A stretch of 56,368 nt of DNA, from positions 1-56,368 of the IMG/VR virus record IMGVR_UViG_3300032323_000661. One strand, 5' to 3'. The notes beneath the pieces were generated by a model that made no database searches, was not told where the DNA came from, and saw only the letters and a program-made list of their open reading frames with translations. This document shows, piece after piece, positions 26,017-33,115 of the stretch (position 1 is its first letter; each line of letters starts with the position of its first letter). The position numbers and the translations under genes were made by a program. This stretch comes from a virus. Its lineage: Duplodnaviria; Caudoviricetes.

Positions 26017-26300
26017 GTGTTTTCCCCTGGCTTCGGTGCGGCGACGAGCATGGCGTGCCACACGTTAATCGTCGTGCCGTCTGTGTCAGCACTCGTGAAG
26101 TCAACGCGGTCAACTGCGCGAACCATTGCCTCGGTCGGGTCCTCCGGCACCAGCTTCCACCCTTCACGCACGAGTGCTGCGAGCGCGTGCTCCGCGATCG
26201 CCTTGTACTGGCCGCACCAATAGCGCGTCTCGGCTACAGTGTTGTGGCGTTCGCCGCGCTGTGCTTCTTTTAGCACCCGTTTTAGTACCTCGACGTTCAT
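26013..26300 (-). CDS. Hypothetical protein (GWKLVP.EPT.AM family)
   Basis: Start at 26300 within the 19-bp junction repeat; GWKLVPEDPTEAM...W.AML.AAP motif. Confidence 0.7.
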   Translation of the reverse strand: MNVEVLKRVLKEAQRGERHNTVAETRYWCGQYKAIAEHALAALVREGWKLVPEDPTEAMVRAVDRVDFTSADTDGTTINVWHAMLVAAPKPGENT

Positions 26301-26545
26301 CCCAGTGCCTTTCGCTCTTTTAAGTATCTTCGTACCAGCGGCACCATCCGGGCTTGAACGGTGAAGTGCTCGTGGGCGTTCGATTTTTTGTATATTGGTA
26401 CCCAGTCCCCGGTGCGTTGGCTGTGCACCTGCAGCACTTGGTAGGCGGCGGTCGTTGGCCGGTGCGCGATCCCCAGCTCGTCGAGCCATACCTTGAAGTC
26501 TTCGAGCCGGTTGAAGTGCAGTAGTGCGCGGTCGGGGTACGTCAT
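26297..26545 (-). CDS. Hypothetical protein
   Basis: MTYPDRALLH...RKALG; starts and ends in the junction repeat. Confidence 0.65.
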   Translation of the reverse strand: MTYPDRALLHFNRLEDFKVWLDELGIAHRPTTAAYQVLQVHSQRTGDWVPIYKKSNAHEHFTVQARMVPLVRRYLKERKALG

Positions 26546-26688
26546 CCCAGTGCCTTTCGCTTCCAGAGCTTGAACAGGGTGTAGGGGAGGAACCAGAGGG
26601 GCAGCGTCACGAAGACCAAACCCGCGATGGCCATAAGCCACGCGATCTCGGCAAGCCCGGTGACTGCTTCAGTAAAAGTGCCCATCAT
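26542..26688 (-). CDS. Small membrane protein
   Basis: MMGTFTEAV...IAWLMAIAGLVFVTLPLWFLPY...RKALG. Confidence 0.6.
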   Translation of the reverse strand: MMGTFTEAVTGLAEIAWLMAIAGLVFVTLPLWFLPYTLFKLWKRKALG

Positions 26689-27119
26689 CCCAGTGCCTTT
26701 CGCAGCGCGTTCAGCAGTCGCATTGTGGCCACTCCGGCGTTCGGGGCGTCGAGAATCGTGGGGTCCAGGCCGTACCTTTTGCACAGTGCGATCTTCTCGA
26801 CCCCGCCATTGCACTCGGCCACGAGCTGCTGTGCCTTATCCGGTTCCCGGGGTATCCGGGCGGGCTTCCGTGGGGTCTCCGTTGCGCTCGTGGGGGCAGG
26901 TGGGGGCGTCAGTACCGGCTCGCGCCGCAGGTGCATCGGAACGCGTCCGGTCACGTACCCCGCCTCGATCACCACGCCCGATTCGGTCGTGAATTTAGTG
27001 CCGTTCATCTTGGCGTATTCGCCTTTCGCCCACCACGGCACGTAATCCGGGTCCCCCGGGGGCCTGGGGCAGTGCTCGGACAGTGGCCCGAAGTCGTACT
27101 CGATCTTTTTCGTTACCAT
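26685..27119 (-). CDS. Hypothetical protein
   Basis: Start MVTKKIEY at 27119 behind GGAGG; C-terminal NAGVATMRLLNALR. Confidence 0.7.
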   Translation of the reverse strand: MVTKKIEYDFGPLSEHCPRPPGDPDYVPWWAKGEYAKMNGTKFTTESGVVIEAGYVTGRVPMHLRREPVLTPPPAPTSATETPRKPARIPREPDKAQQLVAECNGGVEKIALCKRYGLDPTILDAPNAGVATMRLLNALRKALG

Positions 27120-27221
27120 GGTGCCTCCGGCCATTTGGCCCGTTGCTGTTTGTCGTATTCGCCGCGTTGGCGCGGCGTCCAAGGGACTGGCCCACCGGGG
27201 GGCGGGAAGGGCCAGCGGGGG

Positions 27222-27449
27222 TCAGGCGGCGGGAGGGGTGTCGCCATAGCCGCCCCGCAGGTACTGCGTGATGAAGCTCTCCAACAACCCGAACGCGTCC
27301 CAGTCGGTCACGCCCTCGGGCAGGGGGTCGAACACTGCGTCGATGTTCGCGCCCTCGATGGTGGCCTCGAACCCGATCTGCTGGCCCGCGATCAGAAGGC
27401 GACCCCGCAGGGTGCCCGCCTCGATTCGTACTCTCCGTGCTGTCGTCAT
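27222..27449 (-). CDS. Hypothetical protein
   Basis: 75 aa, GAGG RBS. Confidence 0.55.
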   Translation of the reverse strand: MTTARRVRIEAGTLRGRLLIAGQQIGFEATIEGANIDAVFDPLPEGVTDWDAFGLLESFITQYLRGGYGDTPPAA

Positions 27450-27458
27450 TTTGCTGCC

Positions 27459-27938
27459 TCAATATGGTAGAAACCACGCCCATTTGCGGATGTTGTCTTC
27501 ACCCGGCAAGTATTGGAGGTTCCACGGGACATTAAGGCCGCATACAACGTGCTCTTTCGTGACTGGGTGGATTCCGCGTATCGGTACGATGTGATCCACG
27601 TGGTAACCTTCGGGGCGATTTGAATAAATCTGCTTAAATTGCTCAAAGTATTCCGGGTATTTGCCGCCTTGTTTGCGACGGGCAAACGAGTAGGCCCTTC
27701 GCCACTCTTTGTTTTCAGCGTGCCAACGACTGTTGCGCGATTTTTTACCCTCGTACAACGACCCGCCTTTGCTCTCGGCTGCGCGCTGATATTCCCGCAT
27801 CCTTTCGCGCTGCTCGGGCGATTTGCGGTACGCGTTGCTTCTTTCGTGCGTGCACGCGACGCATTTATAGCTAGATTCATACCTTGTTCCTTCCAATTCC
27901 GGGTGCTTATCGCACAGTTTGCCAAAATATCGACCCAT
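27459..27938 (-). CDS. HNH endonuclease
   Basis: YHVDHIVPIRG...VCGLNVPWNLQYL...NIRK; N-terminal Cys motifs; GGAGG RBS. Confidence 0.85.
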   Translation of the reverse strand: MGRYFGKLCDKHPELEGTRYESSYKCVACTHERSNAYRKSPEQRERMREYQRAAESKGGSLYEGKKSRNSRWHAENKEWRRAYSFARRKQGGKYPEYFEQFKQIYSNRPEGYHVDHIVPIRGIHPVTKEHVVCGLNVPWNLQYLPGEDNIRKWAWFLPY

Positions 27939-27983
27939 ATGGTACCTCCGCAATGCGTAGCATACCATATACAGGCTTTTCCG

Positions 27984-28541
27984 TCAAGCGACAGATTCTT
28001 TTTGGATTTTGCGAATCATGTTACCAATTGACATCCGTTGCATCCCCACATTCAGGTGCTCGAAGCGACTCTTCAAATCTCGCACAGAATGGCCAGTGAT
28101 TTTCGAACCTTCGCCATACACTTGATCGATAGTCATGCCGCGCAGCTGCACAGCGATCGCGTCGCCCTTGTCGATCGAGCGGCGCACTTGGCCATTGACC
28201 ACCGCCTTGTATTTCTCGTACTGCGGCAGGTATCCGGCGTACACCACGCCGTTTTTGCGCTCGGAAGGGTCCTTAGGCTCTTTCTCGGCTTTCGCGGCCT
28301 TGGCGGCTTTTGCTGCAGCTTTTGCATCGTGCGCGCGCATCGCTTCGGCCTTTTGCATTACCAGCTCGGCGGTCATGCCGGACAGGGCGGCGTGGGCTGA
28401 GAGTGCACCGTTGCGCACCTTGAATTCGCGGGTGTCGGCGTCCATGGTCTGCACTGTGGTCCAACCGCCGTTGACGGCTACGATCTCGACGCGCTCGCCG
28501 GTGGCGGTAACGACTGCGGTGGTGATTGCTGCTGTGTTCAT
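27984..28541 (-). CDS. Early hypothetical protein
   Basis: Start MNTAAI behind AGAGGA and a consensus promoter; D.GD.IA..L...HLNVGMQRM.IGN.IR motif. Confidence 0.7.
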   Translation of the reverse strand: MNTAAITTAVVTATGERVEIVAVNGGWTTVQTMDADTREFKVRNGALSAHAALSGMTAELVMQKAEAMRAHDAKAAAKAAKAAKAEKEPKDPSERKNGVVYAGYLPQYEKYKAVVNGQVRRSIDKGDAIAVQLRGMTIDQVYGEGSKITGHSVRDLKSRFEHLNVGMQRMSIGNMIRKIQKESVA

Positions 28542-28550
28542 GATCTCTTG

Positions 28551-28623
28551 TCCTCTATTCGGTATTTCGGTTGCTGGAAAAGCCCAGTAATTGTATTGTA
28601 GCACGGGTGGGATAATTTGTCAA
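28551..28623 (-). promoter_or_regulatory. Early promoter-leader cassette, copy 1
   Basis: TTGACA-17-TACAAT (extended TG), CTGG-N6-CCAG, AATAGAGGAC. Confidence 0.85.
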
Positions 28624-28634
28624 TCCCCCTGCAC

Positions 28635-28907
28635 TCACTCCCCTGTCGCCTCTGCGACACCCGAGGGGTCCCGCACCATTGCAAGGTAGTCCTCGACCTG
28701 CTCGGTCCACGCGTGGTCGGGCCACCAAATCTTGTACTGCTCGTCCTGCGGGAAATACTGCACGAAGCACGCGGCCTTGGGTAGTCCCTCCATGTCGGAG
28801 CCTTTCGCCACGATGCATCCGACGAATCCCTCGACCCAGATGGCTTCGAGTCCCCGGTTCTCAATGGCGTCCACGAGGTCGAGTGTTTTGTGGTTGATGG
28901 TCTGCAT
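28635..28907 (-). CDS. Hypothetical protein
   Basis: ATG at 28907 behind GAGGAG; acidic, 90 aa. Confidence 0.6.
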   Translation of the reverse strand: MQTINHKTLDLVDAIENRGLEAIWVEGFVGCIVAKGSDMEGLPKAACFVQYFPQDEQYKIWWPDHAWTEQVEDYLAMVRDPSGVAEATGE

Positions 28908-28912
28908 GGTGT

Positions 28913-29092
28913 TCACTCCTCAACAATGTTCAAGATGCCGCGAGCCATTGCGGCGCTGTGGGCAGCGTTTTGCTGCATGCGTACAGCGATAAATGCGTAC
29001 TCCGGGCTTTTGCGGCACTCACTGGCTTGCAGGTACACGAAGGCCGCGTCCTCTTGGAACCAGATCGCTTTGTCGATGTCGAATTGTGTCAT
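28913..29092 (-). CDS. 59-aa hypothetical protein
   Basis: MTQFDIDKAIWFQEDAA...NIVEE*, directly after promoter cassette 2 and its RBS; not in the ORF track. Confidence 0.65.
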   Translation of the reverse strand: MTQFDIDKAIWFQEDAAFVYLQASECRKSPEYAFIAVRMQQNAAHSAAMARGILNIVEE

Positions 29093-29098
29093 TTCGCT

Positions 29099-29170
29099 GT
29101 CCTCTATTCAGTCTATTGCACTGGGAAAATCCAGTAACTGTATTATAGCACGGGTGCTACAGGCTTGCAA
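29099..29170 (-). promoter_or_regulatory. Early promoter-leader cassette, copy 2
   Basis: TTGCAA-17-TATAAT, CTGG-N6-CCAG, AATAGAGGAC. Confidence 0.85.
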
Positions 29171-29873
29171 GTATTTGCCGCAATTCACCCTGCCCACCGT
29201 TGCAGTAATGCAACACCCCGGCCTTTCGCCACCGCTCCTGAATGCTGTGGTTGATGAATTTGGTCATTAGCACCACGTTGGCCATCGGGTGCACGTTGCG
29301 CTTGCTCGCGTCGTCCGAGTCGTACCACTGGATATCGAGCCGGTGTCCGAATTCGCGTCTGAGCACCTCCCCGGTCTGCGGCAGCAGTCCCAGGATTAGG
29401 ACGCCGGGGCGGCACTGTCGCGGCTGCGACACGGGTAGAGGGTTGTGCCGGGGTCTGTGCTGCGTTTCGCTGGTCGTCGTGGTCCGAGTCTCGACCTCCA
29501 CCCGCATTCTGTCGGCTATCCGCTCCGCTACCTTGTCGGCGAGGACATCCAGCAGCTGCTCGAATATGGTGGCGAGCCGCTCCGTGGGGGTCTCCTTGCG
29601 CTCTGGCGCGGGGGTAGGGGCCAGAATAGGGGCCGAGGCCTCTGCGGGCTTCTCGGGCCGCTTCTTGCGGGCATTTGCCCGGGCGATCTCTATTCGGTCT
29701 TTGTAGTTGAACACCCGCCGGTCGGTCACCACGATCCGGCGACCGGAACCCAGCACCGACTGCGCCTCGCGCAGCGCGTCTTTGCGCAGCATGTTCGGGC
29801 TGTCGCGAAAGAGTTCCTCCATCCGGGCGAAAATCGCCTTCTTCTCGATATCGGTCCACACGGTTCGTGTCAT
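29157..29873 (-). CDS. Protein with C-terminal DUF2325-like Rossmann domain
   Basis: VLILGL...ANVVLMTKFINHS...GG..EL; N-terminal W...EK helical domain; AATAGAGGA RBS. Confidence 0.55.
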   Translation of the reverse strand: MTRTVWTDIEKKAIFARMEELFRDSPNMLRKDALREAQSVLGSGRRIVVTDRRVFNYKDRIEIARANARKKRPEKPAEASAPILAPTPAPERKETPTERLATIFEQLLDVLADKVAERIADRMRVEVETRTTTTSETQHRPRHNPLPVSQPRQCRPGVLILGLLPQTGEVLRREFGHRLDIQWYDSDDASKRNVHPMANVVLMTKFINHSIQERWRKAGVLHYCNGGQGELRQILASL

Positions 29874-29971
29874 AACTCGGTTTCCTCTATTAGTCTAAAA
29901 AGTGCCGAGAGCCTTTCGACCCCCGGCAAAGCTTCATGGCCACTGCCGTCTCCAGCAGTGCCCCCATTCTA

Positions 29972-30145
29972 TCACGCGTCCCAGTCCTCGGGAATGTCGA
30001 AGTCTTCCTCGTCGGCGCTCGGCCTTTCGAATCCGGAGCCCCGGCACCACGAGCAACTCGCGCCGTCGTATTGACCCTCGCCCGTCCCGTTGCACCCGGA
30101 GCAGTACGCGGCCTCCTCGCTTTCGATCTCTTCAACGTTTGTCAT
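29972..30145 (-). CDS. Small DnaJ-type zinc-finger protein
   Basis: CSGCNGTG...CSWCRGSG, acidic tail. Confidence 0.65.
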   Translation of the reverse strand: MTNVEEIESEEAAYCSGCNGTGEGQYDGASCSWCRGSGFERPSADEEDFDIPEDWDA

Positions 30146-30590
30146 TGCGCAGCTTCCATTCAATCACTCGTTCCACCACCTCGCACGCGTGCAGCAGCTC
30201 GCGCCGGGTAGCGGCCTTTTGCATCGCATCGCACCGCACCAGCGCTTGCCCGATCGCTCGGAACTGCTCGCCCGTGCACCCGACCTTGTTGGTCTCGTAC
30301 CACCGGTCGATTACCGCCCGAATCGCGCTCAGGCCCGCTTCCATGTCGGCCCGGGTCTCCGGGTTCTCGAACGTCTCCCCGGCGAGCACGTACCCGCAGT
30401 TAATGCGGAAATTGACCGCACTTAGCGAGTACCAATTGCCCTCGCCGCGCATCATCGCGTTGAGCTCCACGTGCGGGATGGTCTGCAGATCCAGTTCGGC
30501 TTGCGCCGAGAATCGGATGTTGACCGGCAACTGGGGACCTTCCGTGTGGCGCGGACGGTACTTCTTGCGTGGCTTCTTACTTTGTGGCAT
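30132..30590 (-). CDS. Hypothetical protein
   Basis: 152 aa, basic N-terminus SKKPRKKYRPR. Confidence 0.7.
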   Translation of the reverse strand: MPQSKKPRKKYRPRHTEGPQLPVNIRFSAQAELDLQTIPHVELNAMMRGEGNWYSLSAVNFRINCGYVLAGETFENPETRADMEAGLSAIRAVIDRWYETNKVGCTGEQFRAIGQALVRCDAMQKAATRRELLHACEVVERVIEWKLRNDKR

Positions 30591-30753
30591 CGGAGCGTCT
30601 GAGTGCTATCGTGTCCCAGTACACCCACCTCGGGCCGAGGAACTGGACGGACCGGACCCACTGGTGCCGATTGTGGCGGCGGGTATGGTGTGGAACGCCA
30701 TCGACGTCGAACAGGCGTTTCGCGTTGCGGATTAATTCACGTGTGGTCTTCAT
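30577..30753 (-). CDS. 58-aa small phage protein
   Basis: MKTTRELIR...RRHNRHQWVRSVQFLGPRW...*; GAGGAG RBS; not in the ORF track. Confidence 0.65.
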   Translation of the reverse strand: MKTTRELIRNAKRLFDVDGVPHHTRRHNRHQWVRSVQFLGPRWVYWDTIALRRSDATK

Positions 30754-30781
30754 CTATTGACTCCTCAGTTAGAATTCGGGT

Positions 30782-31096
30782 TTACGCGTTGTGCGGTACG
30801 ATCTCGGTCGCGTCGATGTTCATCGAGGTGGAGGCCTTCATGTTCGCGGCGCACCACTCCTCGCCAAGAGCTGCACGGGCGGCGGCAGTGTCGAGACGCT
30901 CCGAGGTGATGTGGCGGGTCTTGAGTACGTAGTGGTCGCCCCGGTAAATCGTATCGGCCCCGGCGCAGTCCTTGCGCAGCGCCTCGACAAGCTCTTTCTC
31001 GCGCTTGGCCAACGATTTGATCTGGTCACGCAGCGCGGCCAGCTCGTCGATCACTGCAGCGGTGATTACGATTGCGGGGGTAGTAACTTTTGCCAT
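30782..31096 (-). CDS. Early hypothetical protein
   Basis: 104 aa with coiled-coil N-terminus; follows promoter cassette 3. Confidence 0.7.
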   Translation of the reverse strand: MAKVTTPAIVITAAVIDELAALRDQIKSLAKREKELVEALRKDCAGADTIYRGDHYVLKTRHITSERLDTAAARAALGEEWCAANMKASTSMNIDATEIVPHNA

Positions 31097-31101
31097 TTTG
31101 G

Positions 31102-31172
31102 GTCCTCTATTTGACTATACACTGGGAATGTCCAGCAATTGTATTATAACACGGGTGGGATAAGGGGCGCAA
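31102..31172 (-). promoter_or_regulatory. Early promoter-leader cassette, copy 3
   Basis: TTGCGC-18-TATAAT, CTGG-N6-CCAG, AATAGAGGAC. Confidence 0.8.
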
Positions 31173-31177
31173 TACCC

Positions 31178-31438
31178 CTACTGTTTGATACGGATCGCCA
31201 CAATATGCGCGTACCCCGCGATATCGGCCCAGGAATCGACCACGTTGGGGTCGCCGTTCAGAATGCGCGATATCTTGTGCTGGATCATGTCGAGCGACTC
31301 GCGCTGATGGGGCAACAGGTTCTGCCACCCGGGTATCAGTCGCATGTAGTCCTTCAAGTCCTGCGCGATATGGGCTTGGTCCGTGAAATCCCCATACTGC
31401 TCACCCCGCTCGGCGGTAATTGCTTCGATGTCTGCCAT
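31178..31438 (-). CDS. DUF6378-like small all-alpha protein
   Basis: ERGEQYGDF...LDMI.HKI.RILNGDP...DSW.DIAGYA signature. Confidence 0.75.
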   Translation of the reverse strand: MADIEAITAERGEQYGDFTDQAHIAQDLKDYMRLIPGWQNLLPHQRESLDMIQHKISRILNGDPNVVDSWADIAGYAHIVAIRIKQ

Positions 31439-31443
31439 TTGCT

Positions 31444-31665
31444 TCAGTCCTCCGTCCGTACTGCTCGCGCATCTTCACGTTCGAACAATTCCAACTGGGC
31501 GCGAGTCACGACCTCCACCGGTGCCCCGGTCGTCGCTTCCGGGTGTTCGCGTGTCGTGAACCGCGTCTTGCACACTATGCACCCGCGGCGGCGCTTTACA
31601 CGCCCGTCCTCGTTCTGGTATGTGGTCAACACCCGTGTGTCTTCCCCGCATTCGATGCATCTCAT
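31444..31665 (-). CDS. NrdR N-terminal-like zinc ribbon protein
   Basis: MRCIECG...TRVL.T...RRRGCIVC..RFTT.E; no ATP-cone. Confidence 0.75.
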   Translation of the reverse strand: MRCIECGEDTRVLTTYQNEDGRVKRRRGCIVCKTRFTTREHPEATTGAPVEVVTRAQLELFEREDARAVRTED

Positions 31666-31856
31666 TGCATTTGTCCTTTCACTTCTTGCGCTGCGAATTG
31701 CAGCGATTGCGCCAGTTCCGCGTAGTCGCGGGGGTGCACATGCACGAACTCAATCCCAGCGGTCGGCGAGTTCTGCACGAGGATGACGCCCGTTCCGTAC
31801 ATGAGAGCATCAACCACGGCTTTCTCGGTGACCTGCGCCAGATCGGTCGGGTTCAC
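31662..31856 (-). CDS. Small hypothetical protein
   Basis: The GTG at 31856 overlaps the datZ stop; DALMYGTG motif. Confidence 0.55.
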   Translation of the reverse strand: MNPTDLAQVTEKAVVDALMYGTGVILVQNSPTAGIEFVHVHPRDYAELAQSLQFAAQEVKGQMQ

Positions 31857-32416
31857 AGCCAGCCCCCGTGGATATTGATCTCGGCGCACACTTCGCGCAC
31901 CCCGGCACGCACCCGCAACTCGGGCCACTGCTTCTCGATGGTGTCCACCATTGTGGCGAGAATCCGACGCATACCGTCGAGCACCTCCAGCGCGTGCTGG
32001 CCATAGCCGTTGTCCTGCAGGAAGAAAATCGCCTCGATCTGGTCCGCGAGCTTCACGATCGCTTCGATCTCGGTCCCTTCCGATTGCCGCATCGAGCCCG
32101 AGTGGTCACGGTCCACGAGGTCCTCGGCACGCTCGACGACACCGGGTCCGGCGACCTTTTCGAGTTCGCGCTTAAATGGTGTGGGGATATCGCCCGTACG
32201 CACCTCGATCAAGTCGTGCGAGAGCGCGTTCTGCAGCAGCTGGAGCCGGAGACGGTCGTGCAGCAAGCCCTTGTAGCCCATCGAGGCGGCGAGCGAGCCC
32301 GCAATGACCGCAACCGCAAAGGAGTGTTCGGCCAGTGTCTGCTGGCGGTGCGTTTGTACGATGTGCCAGCGTTTCACATGGCAAGCGCGGAGTTGTTCGT
32401 AGGTGGTGAGGCTCAT
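31853..32416 (-). CDS. datZ: dATP triphosphohydrolase (HD family)
   Basis: YEQLRACHVKRWHIVQT..Q..AEH...HDLIEVRTGDIPTP...KLAD..EA..FL..NG, colinear with cyanophage S-2L DatZ as recalled; start at 32416. Confidence 0.9.
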   Translation of the reverse strand: MSLTTYEQLRACHVKRWHIVQTHRQQTLAEHSFAVAVIAGSLAASMGYKGLLHDRLRLQLLQNALSHDLIEVRTGDIPTPFKRELEKVAGPGVVERAEDLVDRDHSGSMRQSEGTEIEAIVKLADQIEAIFFLQDNGYGQHALEVLDGMRRILATMVDTIEKQWPELRVRAGVREVCAEINIHGGWL

Positions 32417-32628
32417 GAGGTAATCGCTTGAAGGCGACGAATGCGGTCGGCCACTGCGTCGCCGGTCATTTCGTCGAAGATTTGAAATTCGAATTGGCGG
32501 GCTGCGGTTTCGAGTGCGTCGTTCCACACTCGACGGATGGCATTCCGATTCTCGGGGTCATCGTGCCCCTCGTATTGCGCGAACGCGGTATTGTACCACG
32601 CATCGAAGGGTTTATTCCGATCCGACAT
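32413..32628 (-). CDS. 71-aa hypothetical protein between mazZ and datZ
   Basis: MSDRNKPFDAWY...WNDALE.AA...VADRIRRL; overlaps both neighbours. Confidence 0.7.
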   Translation of the reverse strand: MSDRNKPFDAWYNTAFAQYEGHDDPENRNAIRRVWNDALETAARQFEFQIFDEMTGDAVADRIRRLQAITS

Positions 32629-33115
32629 GGCGCATAATCCTCGTGTTCGAGTCCACCGTCCACGAACGGGTCTCGTTAATGTCCATTTTCTCCTCCACCG
32701 CTTTATGCACATCGATGCCGTTCTTGTGCGCGACGTCCAGCAGCAGGATCATGATGTCGCCCATTTCGAGAGCCGCCTTTGGATTACGCGCATATTCGCC
32801 GACTTCTTCATAGAGCTTGAGTAGAATATCGGCTGTAGTCCTATTAGGGAAGTTCGCGTCCGCCCATTTCGTGATGCGGTCCTGTAATTGGCATATATCT
32901 GCACCGCCTCTCTTTTTGTAGGCGTTGACTGCTCGCACTGTAAGATCCGCATTCCGGTCGCAATTGGCGAGAACACCCTTGAGGTGGTGACGAACTTCGA
33001 AAGACGCGACGGCAGCGCCGGTCGCATCGACAACGACCGCCCCATTTGTCGGGGAGACCGCCCACGGTGTTGCGTTCTCATGGTCAGTATGTACGGTTGA
33101 TTCAACTTGCAGCAT
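32612..33115 (-). CDS. mazZ: MazG-like (d)GTP diphosphohydrolase with extra N-terminal domain
   Basis: LQ..I..W....P.R....KL.EE.GE...LE..D..IL.LD...INE.RSW...MRH matches S-2L MazZ as recalled; start at 33115 behind AAGGAG. Confidence 0.85.
   Translation of the reverse strand: MLQVESTVHTDHENATPWAVSPTNGAVVVDATGAAVASFEVRHHLKGVLANCDRNADLTVRAVNAYKKRGGADICQLQDRITKWADANFPNRTTADILLKLYEEVGEYARNPKAALEMGDIMILLLDVAHKNGIDVHKAVEEKMDINETRSWTVDSNTRIMRHVGSE

Larger units (their letters stand above)
26297..26703 (-). repeat. Three copies of the 19-bp gene-junction repeat GCGAAAGGCACTGGGATGA
   Basis: Identical at 26297-26315, 26542-26560 and 26685-26703; each encodes RKALG-stop plus the next ATG. Confidence 0.9.
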
